Below, one piece after another: positions 52,480 to 64,000 of a stretch of DNA of 64,000 nucleotides. The number at the start of each line of letters is the position of its first letter. The first letter of the stretch is position 1. Below the pieces are notes generated by a model, which had not been told where the DNA came from, made no database searches, and was given only the letters and a program-made list of their open reading frames with translations. Source of the stretch: Escherichia coli (lineage in GTDB: Bacteria; Pseudomonadota; Gammaproteobacteria; Enterobacterales; Enterobacteriaceae); NCBI RefSeq assembly GCF_003334785.1, contig NZ_QOWV01000007.1; one strand, given 5' to 3'. The position numbers and the translations under genes are program-made.

Positions 52480-53369
52480 GCCTTACCTCCGATGGCGTTA
52501 TCCAGAACGCGCACAAAGTGCATTGCCGAGAGCGTCGCACCATAAAACCAGACTGCAGGTACGCGCTGAAAGCGTCCGGCGCGGACAAACGGCATGGCCT
52601 GCCACAGCGGCGTTGCCATTAGCGCATCCATGTCTTTGCTGTTGTCGTGATCAAAACAGAGCACATCAACGTCTTTATACGCCGCCAGACGATCGATACT
52701 GACGGCGGTACTGCCCCAGAAGTTGGTTTCCCCTTGCCAGGCATTTGGGATGCCGTACTCATCAAGAATTTCCTGGAACAAGCTGTTTGGACCGAAGACC
52801 AGCATATGGCGCGGATCGATAAGCGTCGTCAGCAATAACGGACGCGCACCACGCTTCACAAAGCGGGGTTTCATGCTGCGGATAAAGTCTTCATATTGCG
52901 CTAAATGCGTTTCCGCTGCGCTTTGCAGGTTAAGTAAATCTGCCATTTCCGTCAGCGATTTACGCGCCATCGCCAACGGCTGTTTGCCGTCACTGAAGTT
53001 AAATCCGCGACCCGGCGCAATACGAGCCAGCATTTCTGGTGAAGGGCCATATCCTGCCGACCAGACCATAAACGATGGTTTCATTTCGGTCAGCAGTTCA
53101 AGGTTAGGTTCTGTGCGCAAACCGACGTCGATCACTGAGTCCGGCAATGGTGGTTCGCTGACCCACAGGCGATAGTTGATGGTATCCGCCACGCCGTAAG
53201 GCACGATGCCGAGCGCCAGCAGTAATTCCACCGGCAACCACTCCAGCGCCACAATACGATTGGGATCAATAGCCGCCGCGTGGGCGGTATTCATCTGCCA
53301 TAACAACGGAGAAAGCGCCATCGCCGTTAACAGTCGACGGCGCGAAATAAGAGGTAAGCCGCTCATCAA
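52476..53369 (-). CDS. fhuD: Ferric hydroxamate periplasmic binding protein
   Basis: ORF with Tat-like signal (RRRLLTAMALSPLL); 4-bp overlap with fhuC. Confidence 0.95.
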   Translation of the reverse strand: MMSGLPLISRRRLLTAMALSPLLWQMNTAHAAAIDPNRIVALEWLPVELLLALGIVPYGVADTINYRLWVSEPPLPDSVIDVGLRTEPNLELLTEMKPSFMVWSAGYGPSPEMLARIAPGRGFNFSDGKQPLAMARKSLTEMADLLNLQSAAETHLAQYEDFIRSMKPRFVKRGARPLLLTTLIDPRHMLVFGPNSLFQEILDEYGIPNAWQGETNFWGSTAVSIDRLAAYKDVDVLCFDHDNSKDMDALMATPLWQAMPFVRAGRFQRVPAVWFYGATLSAMHFVRVLDNAIGGKA

Positions 53370-54163
53370 TAAACAAAACTCACAGGTGCAGCACCCGCCG
53401 GATGCGGCAAAATACCCATCGGGATGCCATAAATCATTTCGAGGGTTTCGCCGCGCATAATTTCCGCAGGCGTTCCCTGAGCAATCATTTCACCGCCGCG
53501 CAGGGCGACCAGATAATCACAGTAGCGTGCCGCCATATTGATATCGTGCAACACGGCAATGACCGTCAGGCCACGCTCCTGACTTAAACGGTGCACCAGC
53601 GACAGCACATCAACCTGGTGGGCGATATCCAGCGCCGAGGTCGGTTCGTCGAGCAACAGACAACGGCTATCCTGCGCCACCAGCATGGCGATCCACGCCC
53701 GCTGACGTTCGCCGCCAGAGAGACTATCGACCAGCCGATGCGCCAGCGGTTTTAAGCCAACCAGCGAGATAGCTTCCTCGACTTTTTCGCGATCTGCCGC
53801 CCCAAAGCGCCCCAGCGCGCCATGCCACGGGTAACGACCAATCGCCACCAGTTCACGCACGGTCATCCCTTCTGCCGGAGGAAGCTGCTGCGGCAAATAA
53901 GCCACTTTGCGGGCAAACGCTTTGCTGCTCCAGCTTTCCAGCGGTTGGGCATCAAGAAGAATCTCCCCTTCCGACGGCGGCTGATGACGGCCAAGCATTT
54001 TGAGCAGAGTGGATTTACCAGAACCGTTGTGACCAATCAGACCGGTCACTTTCCCGGCAGGAAAGGTTAACGACAGCGGATGCAAAAGCGTGCGCCCGGG
54101 CACACGAAAGGAGATATTACGCAGTGCAAAAGTGGTATCGGAATGATTCGTGTATTCCTGCAT
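53366..54163 (-). CDS. fhuC: Ferric hydroxamate ABC transporter ATPase
   Basis: 265 aa from MQEYTNHSDTTF; Walker A GHNGSGKST and LSGGERQRAWIA; ORF-track entry extended 14 codons upstream. Confidence 0.95.
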   Translation of the reverse strand: MQEYTNHSDTTFALRNISFRVPGRTLLHPLSLTFPAGKVTGLIGHNGSGKSTLLKMLGRHQPPSEGEILLDAQPLESWSSKAFARKVAYLPQQLPPAEGMTVRELVAIGRYPWHGALGRFGAADREKVEEAISLVGLKPLAHRLVDSLSGGERQRAWIAMLVAQDSRCLLLDEPTSALDIAHQVDVLSLVHRLSQERGLTVIAVLHDINMAARYCDYLVALRGGEMIAQGTPAEIMRGETLEMIYGIPMGILPHPAGAAPVSFVY

Positions 54164-54213
54164 AACAGCCAACTTGTGAAATGGGCACGGAAATCCGTGC
54201 CCCAAAAGAGAAA

Positions 54214-56457
54214 TTAGAAACGGAAGGTTGCGGTTGCAACGACCTGACGTTCTGCGCCCCAGAAGCAGCCATAAGTGTTAAAGCAGCTGGCGACGTATTC
54301 ACGATCGAACAGGTTGTTAACATGCAGCGCCACGTTGGAGCCAGCCATGCCGACTCGCGCCAGATCATAACGTACTAACGCATCCACGACCGTATAACTT
54401 CCCACTTTAAAGGAGTTAGCCGGATCACCATAACTGGAGCCAGTATAACGACCACCGGTGCCCAGCGTCAGACCTGAAAGCGGACCGTCAAAGAAGGTGT
54501 AGTCAGCCCACAACGAAGCCATGTGTTTTGGCACCTGTGCAGGCGTATTGCCTTTATAGGTAGTATCGGTGGTGTATTCCGCATCGGTGTAAGTATAAGA
54601 ACCGACTACGTTAACACTCGCCGACAGCGCCGCTTTCGCTTCGATTTCTACGCCACGTGCGCGGATCTCGCCACCTTCAACCGAGAAGAAGGAACCCTCA
54701 GGGTCCGCCATCAGGTTGTTGGTTTTAGTGAGATTATACACGGCACCAGTAACTACAATCGGACGATCTTCCGGTACATATTTCACGCCGACTTCATACT
54801 GCTTACCTTTAGACGGTGCGAAAATATTACCATCCTTCCCAACTTGCGAAGAAGGTTCAAACGATTCGCTATAGCTGAAGTAAGGTGTTACACCATTATC
54901 AAACAGGTAGTTAACACCACCACGCCAGGTAAACTGTTTGTCATCACGTTTATCGGTCGTCCCGGCAACGCGGTTAAGAGATTCTTGATCTGCCCAGTCA
55001 TAACGACCGCCTAGGGTGACCAGCACTTTATCCCACTGCGCCTGATCCTGAACATAAACGCCCGTTTGTTTCTGTTTATTCAGAATGCGGTAAGGGCCGG
55101 AGTTTGCCGGATCTTTGGCATTGAAGTCGAAATCGGTATTCACCGGATTGTACAGATTGAGCAGTGGCACAGAGTCGTCGTAACCAAACCAGGCGTTGAT
55201 GTCATTACGCATACGCATAAAGTCGACACCGGTCAGCAGGGTGTGGTCGATATCACCAGTGGCAAACTTGCTCTGCAACTGGGTATCAACGGAGAAGTTT
55301 TGCAGCTTCTCATCATCAACGACGTATTTACGTGCCAGATAATGGCCTTTATCCGCTGGCGCTAATGCCGCACACTGTTTGCTGTAAGCATTCGCCGGAT
55401 CGGAGCAGACGCCGTAACCATAAACGCTGTTTTGCGAGGTTTTGTTTTCAGCAAAGCGCAGGTTCTGACGCACAGTAAAGGTGTCGTTAAATTCGTGATC
55501 GAAGCTGTAGCCGACCATCTTCTCATTACGAGAATAGGTGTTGTTCTTCGCCCCTTCATTAAAGTCTGTCGGCAGACGCTTACCGTTCGGCAGCGGCTCA
55601 ACGGTTCCCTCTTTCGGCAACCAGCCGTAATAACCGGTTTCCGGCTCGTTCTGGAAGTAAGAAAGGAAGGTAAAATTGGTTTTATCATCCGGACGCCAGG
55701 TGAACGCCGGTGCAATAGCATAACGCTGCTCTTCTGACCCTTTCTGCTGGGCATTGGCAGAACGCGCAAGACCGGTCAGGCGATAAGAGTAAACACCGTC
55801 ATCATCCAACGAATCGCTAAAGTCAAAACCAGTCTGGAACAGGCTGTCAGTACCGGCTTTAAACTGAACTTCTTTCAGCGGTTCGGTGGTCGGACGCTTG
55901 CTGACCATATTCAACAGGCCGCCAGGACTGCTTTTACCGTAAAGCACGGAAACCGGGCCACGCATAATTTCAGCGCGTTCCAGCATATACGGGTCAATGA
56001 CCGCATCGTTATAGAAGTTGCCCTGCAACTTCAGGCCATTCAGATAGTTATTCTGGCTTTGGCCTTCTGCCGCAAAGCCGCGAATGATCAGGTGGTCATA
56101 GGTGTTGGATGCGCCACGCGTACCAACAGAGACACCCGGCGTGTAGCTAAGCGCTTCTTTTACCGACTTCGGCTGATGCAGCGCCATCTCTTCGGCGGTC
56201 ACAACAGAAATAGACTGTGGCACTTTTTGAATCGGCGTATCGGTTTTAGTGCCGGTAGCAGACTGTCGCGCCGCAATAGTTGCAGCAGGCCCCCATGCGC
56301 TTTCTTGCGGCGCAGGTGCAGCGGTAACGGTGATAGTGTCTTCTTTCGGTTCAACCGCTGCCTGTGCATAAACAGACATGCCGCTAACCGCTGTGGCTAC
56401 TACAACTGCGATTTTACGCAGTGAGTGTTTTGGCTGAGCAGTTTTGGAACGCGCCAT
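54214..56457 (-). CDS. fhuA: TonB-dependent ferrichrome outer-membrane transporter
   Basis: 747-aa ORF with signal peptide, TonB box DTITVTA, and C-terminal aromatic ...ATFRF. Confidence 0.97.
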   Translation of the reverse strand: MARSKTAQPKHSLRKIAVVVATAVSGMSVYAQAAVEPKEDTITVTAAPAPQESAWGPAATIAARQSATGTKTDTPIQKVPQSISVVTAEEMALHQPKSVKEALSYTPGVSVGTRGASNTYDHLIIRGFAAEGQSQNNYLNGLKLQGNFYNDAVIDPYMLERAEIMRGPVSVLYGKSSPGGLLNMVSKRPTTEPLKEVQFKAGTDSLFQTGFDFSDSLDDDGVYSYRLTGLARSANAQQKGSEEQRYAIAPAFTWRPDDKTNFTFLSYFQNEPETGYYGWLPKEGTVEPLPNGKRLPTDFNEGAKNNTYSRNEKMVGYSFDHEFNDTFTVRQNLRFAENKTSQNSVYGYGVCSDPANAYSKQCAALAPADKGHYLARKYVVDDEKLQNFSVDTQLQSKFATGDIDHTLLTGVDFMRMRNDINAWFGYDDSVPLLNLYNPVNTDFDFNAKDPANSGPYRILNKQKQTGVYVQDQAQWDKVLVTLGGRYDWADQESLNRVAGTTDKRDDKQFTWRGGVNYLFDNGVTPYFSYSESFEPSSQVGKDGNIFAPSKGKQYEVGVKYVPEDRPIVVTGAVYNLTKTNNLMADPEGSFFSVEGGEIRARGVEIEAKAALSASVNVVGSYTYTDAEYTTDTTYKGNTPAQVPKHMASLWADYTFFDGPLSGLTLGTGGRYTGSSYGDPANSFKVGSYTVVDALVRYDLARVGMAGSNVALHVNNLFDREYVASCFNTYGCFWGAERQVVATATFRF

Positions 56458-56477
56458 TGGTATATCTCTGATGTAAA

Positions 56478-56528
56478 GTGAATGATAACGTAAACGAGAA
56501 TGATTATTATAAAGATAAGATAATATTC
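56478..56528 (-). promoter_or_regulatory. fhuA promoter with Fur box
   Basis: Minus strand CTTATCTTTATAATAATCATTCTCGTTTACGTTATCATTC contains GATAAT/ATCATT-type hexamer repeats 20-70 bp upstream of the fhuA start. Confidence 0.6.
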
Positions 56529-56676
56529 GAAACGCTGGCGGGTTCGCAAGCGGTACGCAATCTGAGCGTTCCTGAAGGGTTAATAAACAACCAGATGAAA
56601 AGAAAGGGTTAATATCTTAGATGGGATGTTATTTTACCGGATGGCAACTCGCCATCCGGTATTTCACGCTTAGATG

Positions 56677-59211
56677 TTAATTACTACCAAACATATCCTT
56701 GATCCAACCGGCTACACCGTCGCTGTCTTTCTGCTCTTGCTGAGCAGGTTGCTGTTGCGGCTGTTGCTGCGGCTGAGAAGACTGATCAAACGGATTGCCT
56801 GACGGCTGCTGCTGCATCTCGCTCTGCTGGCACAGCGATTGCGGATCGCTGGTCCAGACCGGCAAGATACGCATGCCACCGCTGCAAACAAAGTTGCCGT
56901 CGTAGTCCACGCCCATATCTGCAATATCTTCTGGCGGAACAAGATTCAGCGGCGTTGGCGTCTGGTTAGCCAGATAACGCTGATAAATCGACATTGCCCC
57001 GCTGGCACCATACAGTTTGGTCGGCTGGTTGTTATCACGGCCGACCCAGGTGATGGTCACCGTGCTGCCGTCAATGCCCGCAAACCAGGTATCTACGTTA
57101 TTGTTGGTAGTCCCTGTTTTCCCTGCCAGATGCAGGTTCGGGTATTTCGCCCCAAGCTGACGACCCGTACCGCGTTGTACCACCTGCTGCATGGTCCATA
57201 GTGTCAGATACGCCGCCTGCGCCGGAACAGCGCGTTCCGCCTGCGGGAAGCTCTGATACAGCACTTTGCCATCTTCCGCGATTACCGAACGCAGCGCAGA
57301 AAGCGGTGCACGGTTACCACCGCTGGCGATGGTCTGGAATGCCTGCGCCACTTCGATTGGCGTTAAGTTCAACGCCCCCAGCAGCATTGCCGGAACCGGA
57401 TGCAACTGATCTTTCGGTACGCCCAGTTTAATCCAGGTCTCCGTAACCGCAGGCAGCCCCAGCGCCATCCCCAGATTTACCGTCGGCACGTTCATCGAAC
57501 GGGTCAACGCATCCACCAGCATCACTCTGCCGCTTTCGCTATAACGACGGTCATCATTCTGCGGTGACCAGACCTGGCCATTCGGCTGACGCAGCGCAAT
57601 TGGCGCATCCGCAATCCACGTATTCAGACGATAGATTTTCGGCTGGCTTAAGGCCGTCAGATAAGTCGCTGGTTTTGCAAGGGAACCAATCGAACGACGC
57701 GCCTGCATCGCACGGTTGTAGCCCGCAAACTGCGGCTCAGAACCTCCGACCATCGCACGAACTTCACCACTAAAGCGGTCGACGACCACAATCGCAGTTT
57801 CAAGATCGCTCAACTTACGCTGTTTCTTCAGTGCCGGAATGCCTTCCACGGCGGCTTTTTCTGCCGCGTCCTGGGCCACCGAGTCAAAGGTAGTGAAGAT
57901 CTTCACGCCGGAGAGATCTTTTACCTTATCGCCCAGTTTTGCCTGCAGCTCCTGACGCACCAGTTGCATAAAGGCTGGCTGAGGAGAGATCACCCCACCG
58001 CGCGGCTGAACCCCCAGCGGACGGGCACTCAACATGTCATAGAGTTCTTGATCAATAATCTGTTGCTGTTGCAGCAGACGCAGCACCAGATTACGTCGCT
58101 CCAGCGCCAGTTTTGGGTTACGCCACGGGTTGTAGATGGACGCCCCTTTCACCATACCGACTAACAGCGCCTGCTGGTCGAGGCTTAGCTCTTCTACCGG
58201 GCGACCAAAGTAATACAAGCTTGCCAGCGGGAAGCCGCGGATTTCGTTGTCGCCGCTCTGACCGAGATACACCTCGTTCATATACAGCTCAAGAATACGG
58301 TCTTTGCTGTAACGCGCGTCCATGATCAGCGCCATGTAAGCTTCGTTCGCTTTACGCCAGTAAGAACGCTCGCTGGAGAGGAACAGGTTTTTCACCAGCT
58401 GTTGCGTCAGCGTACTCGCACCCTGTACCGTGCGTCCGGCGGTCAGGTTTGCCAGCACCGCACGTCCGATTGAGTAGAGACTGATTCCATCATGCTCGTA
58501 AAAATGACGGTCTTCTGTCGCCAGCAAAGTATCCACCAGCAAATCCGGGAAACCACTGCGCGGCACAAACAGACGCTGCTCACCGTTTGGCGAAGAGATC
58601 ATGGTGATCAGACGCGGATCAAGACGGAAGAAACCGAACTGACGGTTGTTCTCCATATTGACGATCGTCGCCAGATGATCGCCATCAAAGGTCAGACGCG
58701 CGCGCACCTGTCCTTCTTTACTGTCCGGGAAATCAAACGGACGGCGAATCATCTCAATGCTGTTGGCCTGCACGGTAAATTCGCCAGGACGGGTCATTTT
58801 CGACACCTGACGATACTGGGTCGCCTCCAGCAGCTTCACCATCTCGTTCTTGCTGATGGTCATGTCTGGCTCAAGATTGACCATTCGGCCATAAACTGCC
58901 GCAGGCAGTTGCCAGACCTTGCCATCAATACGGCTACGAATTTTTTGATCGAGATAAACGCCGTAAATGGCGATCAGCACGGCAAAAACGATAGCCAGTT
59001 TTAGCAGTAGCCATAGCCAGCCGCGTTTGCCACGAGGCTTACGCCCTTTGCCTTTGCCCTTACCTTTGCGCGGCATCGGTTCTTCATCCTCATAGTCATC
59101 ATAATCGTCGTAATCATCGTCATCTTCGTAACGACGACGGCTTACCTTTTGTTTGACCGGACGCGTCGGTTTCCCTTTGCGTCCAATTGGCTCGCGGTCA
59201 TTCCCGGCCAT
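56677..59211 (-). CDS. mrcB: Penicillin-binding protein 1B (bifunctional transglycosylase/transpeptidase)
   Basis: 844 aa from [14 protein letters not shown]; second in-frame Met at [11 protein letters not shown] (short isoform); acidic [15 protein letters not shown] then basic tail before the TM helix. Confidence 0.96.
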   Translation of the reverse strand: MAGNDREPIGRKGKPTRPVKQKVSRRRYEDDDDYDDYDDYEDEEPMPRKGKGKGKGRKPRGKRGWLWLLLKLAIVFAVLIAIYGVYLDQKIRSRIDGKVWQLPAAVYGRMVNLEPDMTISKNEMVKLLEATQYRQVSKMTRPGEFTVQANSIEMIRRPFDFPDSKEGQVRARLTFDGDHLATIVNMENNRQFGFFRLDPRLITMISSPNGEQRLFVPRSGFPDLLVDTLLATEDRHFYEHDGISLYSIGRAVLANLTAGRTVQGASTLTQQLVKNLFLSSERSYWRKANEAYMALIMDARYSKDRILELYMNEVYLGQSGDNEIRGFPLASLYYFGRPVEELSLDQQALLVGMVKGASIYNPWRNPKLALERRNLVLRLLQQQQIIDQELYDMLSARPLGVQPRGGVISPQPAFMQLVRQELQAKLGDKVKDLSGVKIFTTFDSVAQDAAEKAAVEGIPALKKQRKLSDLETAIVVVDRFSGEVRAMVGGSEPQFAGYNRAMQARRSIGSLAKPATYLTALSQPKIYRLNTWIADAPIALRQPNGQVWSPQNDDRRYSESGRVMLVDALTRSMNVPTVNLGMALGLPAVTETWIKLGVPKDQLHPVPAMLLGALNLTPIEVAQAFQTIASGGNRAPLSALRSVIAEDGKVLYQSFPQAERAVPAQAAYLTLWTMQQVVQRGTGRQLGAKYPNLHLAGKTGTTNNNVDTWFAGIDGSTVTITWVGRDNNQPTKLYGASGAMSIYQRYLANQTPTPLNLVPPEDIADMGVDYDGNFVCSGGMRILPVWTSDPQSLCQQSEMQQQPSGNPFDQSSQPQQQPQQQPAQQEQKDSDGVAGWIKDMFGSN

Positions 59212-59308
59212 GCTTTTTCTCCGCAATATTCAGGCGCAAAAGCCCGATTTTCTGTTCTTCTGTTACAAGACAGAAGAAGATATCTCTCAAAATTTGTGCT
59301 CGATCGGT

Positions 59309-59394
59309 CCCCTCTCCCTTGAGGGAGAGGGTTAGGGTGAGGGTGAACGTGCGCGCTGATGCCCTCACCCCGGCCCTCTCCCACAGGGAGAGGG
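59309..59394. repeat. GC-rich composite palindromic intergenic repeat (boxC-like)
   Basis: Three nested inverted repeats: CCCTCTCCCT tg AGGGAGAGGG; GGGTGAGGGTGAACG...GCCCTCACCC; CCCTCTCCC aca GGGAGAGGG. Family assignment is from memory. Confidence 0.6.
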
Positions 59395-59406
59395 AGAAAA
59401 CCAACC

Positions 59407-61836
59407 TTACGAATACTTTTTCGTCCGTCGCGTCGGTGCAGTATTTGCCGGGTCGTCCGGCCAGACATGTTTGGGATAACGCCCTTTCATCTCTTTTTGC
59501 ACCTCACGGTACGCTCCTTTCCAGAAGGCGCTCAAATCTCGTGTGATTTGTAATGGCCTTTGGGCAGGTGAAAGCAACTCCAGCACCAGCGGCACGCGCC
59601 CCTGGGCGATCGTCGGATTGGTGGCCTCGCCAAACATCTCTTGCATTCTCACCGCCAGCGCGGGCGGGTTATCTTCATGATAACGAATGGCGATCCGGCT
59701 TCCCGTCGGCACAGTGTAATGCGCAGGCAATTCACTATCCAGACGTTGCTGCATTCCCCAATCAAGTAATCCGCGTAGTGCCTGATAAATGTCGAGTGAT
59801 TTCAGGCCGCGTAGTGAATGTACGCCAGTCATATGTGGCAGCAGCCACGTTTCCAGCGCTGCCAATAAACTTTCATCATCAACCGCTGGCCAGTCATATT
59901 CCGGCAACCACTTTGCGGCGCATAACAAACGCAAGCGTAGCTGTTCCGCTTCCGCCGTCCAGTTGAGCACGCTTAAACCTTTATCACGGATGCCATTAAG
60001 CATCGCCTGATGCAACTCGTCTTCTGACGGTTTCGCCAGCGGCTGCACTTTCACCGTCAACTGACCGATTTGTAGCCGACGCCAGGCTTTCAGCGTACCT
60101 TGCGCGTCATCCCACTCCACAGTGTCAGACTGCTGTACCAGCTGCGGGCAGCGTTGTACTAACTCATCAATATCGACCAGCAGCGCCAGTAAAATCCGCG
60201 CATCCGGCGAGGCGCTGCCCTGCAATAATAACGGTGCGATCAACCATTCGTGGCGGCTTAGCGCGTCGTTGGCATCGAGCATCGCTCCCATGCCGTTTGC
60301 CAGTTGATAGCGTCCATCTTGCCCACGGCGACGAGCAATGCGATCGGCAAACGCCCCGGCAAGTAGCGGCGCGATAAGCGAACTGTCTGCCTCACCGCCA
60401 CGTACGTTTAAGCGTTTTAACAGTTGCTGACTACGTTGCTGCCAGGCTGGTTGATTGCGCGAAAACGCCACGCCCAGGTCACTATTGCCCATCCGTGGCG
60501 GCTCTTCGAGAATGGCGGCAATTTTTGCCGCGGTAGCAGCTTCGTCGTCGTTCTTCGCGCTAACCAGCATTGCCGCTAAACGCGGATCGTTACCCAGCGC
60601 TGCCATTTTTTGCCCTTGCGCACTAAGCCGTTCACCCTCCAGTGCCCCCAGCATTTGTAACAGACGTTTCGCGGCCAGTAGATTCACTACTGGCGGTTGA
60701 TCCAGCCAGCTCATCTGCGCCGGATCGCTGCATCCCCATTGCAGTAATTCCATCAGCAAACCGGAAAGATCGCTTTGTAAGATCTCCGGTTCACTTTGCG
60801 CCGCGGCGCGTTCTGCTTGTTCTTTGGCGATTAAATGCAGGCTGATACCCGGCTCCAGACGCCCGGCGCGCCCGGCACGCTGCGTCATGGATGCCTGGCT
60901 AACGCGTTGAGTAATCAGTCGCGTAAGCCCCGTGCGCGGATCAAAACGCGCCACACGCTCCTGGGCACAATCCACCACCAGACGAATACCTTCAATGGTT
61001 AAACTGGTTTCAGCAATATTGGTCGCCAGCACCACTTTACGCATCCCTTGCGGTGCCGGGAGGATCGCTTTTCGCTGATCGTTCAGCGACAACGCGCCAT
61101 ACAGCGGGCAGAGCAATACATCACTGCCGATGCGCGAAGCCAGTTGTTCCTGCACACGCTGAATTTCTCCGACGCCAGGTAAAAATAACAGTAATGATCC
61201 GCTTTCCTGACGCAGCATTTCAGCGGTGGCTACCGCAACGGCATCGTCAAAACGCTGATGCGCGGGCAGCGGTAAATAACGGCGTTCAACCGGAAACGAG
61301 CGCCCTTCTGAGATGACGACAGGCGCTTCTGGCAGCATTTGCTGCAAGCGGTCGTTGTCCAGGGTAGCCGACATAATCAGCAGTTTAAGGTCATCACGCA
61401 GACCTTGTTGCACATCGAGTAACAGCGCCAACGCCAAATCCGCCTGCAAGCTGCGCTCATGAAATTCATCAAGGATCACCAGTCCAACACCGCTCAGTTC
61501 CGGGTCACGCTGGATCATGCGCGTCAGCACGCCTTCGGTAACCACTTCCAGGCGGGTATTCGGCCCGACGCAGTTTTGCGCACGCATCCGGTAGCCAACG
61601 GTATCGCCTGGCTTTTCGTTAAGCAGCTCCGCCAGCCGTTGCGCGACGTTACGCGCCGCCAGACGACGCGGCTCCAGCAGGATAATTTTCCCGTTAATGC
61701 CGGGATGCGCCAGCAGTTGCAGCGGCAGCCAGGTTGATTTCCCGGCCCCGGTCGGCGCACTTAATAATACCTGCGGCGCACAATCGAGAGCGGTAAGTAA
61801 TTCAGGTAAGACGGCAGCAACGGGCAACGACGACAC
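59407..61836 (-). CDS. hrpB: ATP-dependent DEAH-box RNA helicase HrpB
   Basis: 809 aa from a GTG start (rc of 61834-61836); Walker A TGAGKST and DEFH; ORF-track entry extended to an upstream ATG. Confidence 0.9.
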   Translation of the reverse strand: MSSLPVAAVLPELLTALDCAPQVLLSAPTGAGKSTWLPLQLLAHPGINGKIILLEPRRLAARNVAQRLAELLNEKPGDTVGYRMRAQNCVGPNTRLEVVTEGVLTRMIQRDPELSGVGLVILDEFHERSLQADLALALLLDVQQGLRDDLKLLIMSATLDNDRLQQMLPEAPVVISEGRSFPVERRYLPLPAHQRFDDAVAVATAEMLRQESGSLLLFLPGVGEIQRVQEQLASRIGSDVLLCPLYGALSLNDQRKAILPAPQGMRKVVLATNIAETSLTIEGIRLVVDCAQERVARFDPRTGLTRLITQRVSQASMTQRAGRAGRLEPGISLHLIAKEQAERAAAQSEPEILQSDLSGLLMELLQWGCSDPAQMSWLDQPPVVNLLAAKRLLQMLGALEGERLSAQGQKMAALGNDPRLAAMLVSAKNDDEAATAAKIAAILEEPPRMGNSDLGVAFSRNQPAWQQRSQQLLKRLNVRGGEADSSLIAPLLAGAFADRIARRRGQDGRYQLANGMGAMLDANDALSRHEWLIAPLLLQGSASPDARILLALLVDIDELVQRCPQLVQQSDTVEWDDAQGTLKAWRRLQIGQLTVKVQPLAKPSEDELHQAMLNGIRDKGLSVLNWTAEAEQLRLRLLCAAKWLPEYDWPAVDDESLLAALETWLLPHMTGVHSLRGLKSLDIYQALRGLLDWGMQQRLDSELPAHYTVPTGSRIAIRYHEDNPPALAVRMQEMFGEATNPTIAQGRVPLVLELLSPAQRPLQITRDLSAFWKGAYREVQKEMKGRYPKHVWPDDPANTAPTRRTKKYS

Positions 61837-61909
61837 AAAACGCTCCAGAGGGTTAACATTCTTCGCGCCACATTGTAGCATCGCGGTAATTCATAACCGA
61901 GTGCCTCAC

Positions 61910-63159
<1,250 letters not shown>

Positions 63160-63336
63160 TAAAGTAAGTAACTGGTTAATTTACATTCTGGTCGCGTGCG
63201 CAAATACGCTTTTCCTCACACAGTTGTCAAGTGTTACGTTTAGATAATTGCTATCCGGAAAAGCATCTGCTATTTATAGCGGCCTCATTTTTCCCCCGAA
63301 CATGGGGATCGATAGTGCGTGTTAAGGAGAAGCAAC

Positions 63337-63792
63337 ATGCAAGAAGGGCAAAACCGTAAAACATCGTCCCTGAGTATTCTCGCCATCGCTGGGGTGGAAC
63401 CATATCAGGAGAAGCCGGGCGAAGAGTATATGAATGAAGCCCAGCTGGCGCACTTCCGTCGTATTCTGGAAGCATGGCGTAATCAACTCAGGGATGAAGT
63501 CGATCGCACCGTTACACATATGCAGGATGAAGCAGCCAACTTCCCGGACCCGGTAGACCGTGCAGCCCAGGAAGAAGAGTTCAGCCTCGAACTGCGTAAC
63601 CGCGATCGCGAGCGTAAGCTGATCAAAAAGATCGAGAAGACGCTGAAAAAAGTGGAAGACGAAGATTTCGGCTACTGCGAATCCTGCGGTGTTGAAATTG
63701 GTATTCGCCGTCTGGAAGCGCGCCCGACAGCCGATCTGTGCATCGACTGCAAAACGCTGGCTGAAATTCGCGAAAAACAGATGGCTGGCTAA
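63337..63792 (+). CDS. dksA: RNA polymerase-binding transcription factor DksA
   Basis: 151 aa from [12 protein letters not shown]; C4 zinc finger CESCG...CIDC; acidic coiled-coil tip. Confidence 0.96.
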   Translation: MQEGQNRKTSSLSILAIAGVEPYQEKPGEEYMNEAQLAHFRRILEAWRNQLRDEVDRTVTHMQDEAANFPDPVDRAAQEEEFSLELRNRDRERKLIKKIEKTLKKVEDEDFGYCESCGVEIGIRRLEARPTADLCIDCKTLAEIREKQMAG

Positions 63793-63819
63793 TTACAGCC
63801 GTTCCATCACGTTTACCAC

Positions 63820-63849
63820 AGGCGGGAAATGCTCCCGCCTTATTTTTTG
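63820..63849 (+). terminator. Intrinsic terminator after dksA
   Basis: AGGCGGGAAATGCTCCCGCCT hairpin followed by TATTTTTTG, 10 bp before the gluQ start. Confidence 0.65.
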
Positions 63850-63858
63850 TTCAAAGAG

Positions 63859-64000
63859 ATGACAGACACACAGTATATTGGCCGCTTCGCCCCCTCTCCT
63901 TCCGGCGAGCTTCATTTTGGCTCTCTGATCGCCGCGCTCGGCAGCTATTTGCAGGCTCGCGCCCGGCAAGGTCGCTGGCTGGTACGCATAGAAGATATCG
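63859..64000 (+). CDS. gluQ: Glutamyl-Q tRNA(Asp) synthetase, N-terminal fragment (continues beyond window)
   Basis: Translation [47 protein letters not shown]; class I aaRS HIGH-like motif. Confidence 0.9.
   Translation, partial: MTDTQYIGRFAPSPSGELHFGSLIAALGSYLQARARQGRWLVRIEDI

Noticed and set aside
59142-59468. Short ORFs (60-119 aa) on both strands spanning the mrcB-hrpB palindromic repeat
   Set aside because: Their translations (e.g. GEGISAHVHPHPNPLPQGRGDRS) are by-products of reading through GC-rich inverted repeats; the region is better explained as a structured non-coding repeat.

Overview
This window is a densely packed, conserved enterobacterial housekeeping block that I recognise gene by gene as Escherichia coli K-12-like core chromosome, read in reverse orientation from the rrsH leader to dksA/gluQ. 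I see no mobile elements, CRISPR array, prophage remnant, or gene cluster that looks foreign, so I do not claim a novel system here. Every ORF of plausible size matches a known gene in the expected order and length, and intergenic gaps are short and filled by recognisable promoters, terminators and REP/boxC-type repeats. Gene order (window orientation): 16S rRNA 5' end and rrn P1/P2 leader (minus), gmhB, metNIQ, rcsF, tsaA, proS, yaeF, nlpE, arfB, yaeQ, yaeP-rof, tilS, yaeR, ldcC, accA, dnaE, rnhB, lpxB-lpxA-fabZ-lpxD-skp-bamA-rseP-cdsA-uppS-dxr, frr, pyrH, tsf, rpsB, map, glnD, dapD, yaeI, yaeH, cdaR, degP, dgt, mtnN, btuF, yadS, erpA, clcA, hemL, fhuBDCA, mrcB, hrpB, thpR, sfsA, dksA, gluQ (partial). 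Several ORF-track entries are N-terminally over-extended or use non-ATG starts (fabZ TTG, hrpB GTG, yaeP GTG), and I have corrected those coordinates. The items most worth a second look are modest: a GC-rich composite palindrome between mrcB and hrpB, the poorly characterised yaeQ/arfB/yaeP/rof neighbourhood, the internally duplicated membrane protein YadS, the Tat-signal phosphoesterase YaeI, and the lipoprotein YaeF. All coordinates and motifs were read from the sequence; nothing was searched or computed against a database.
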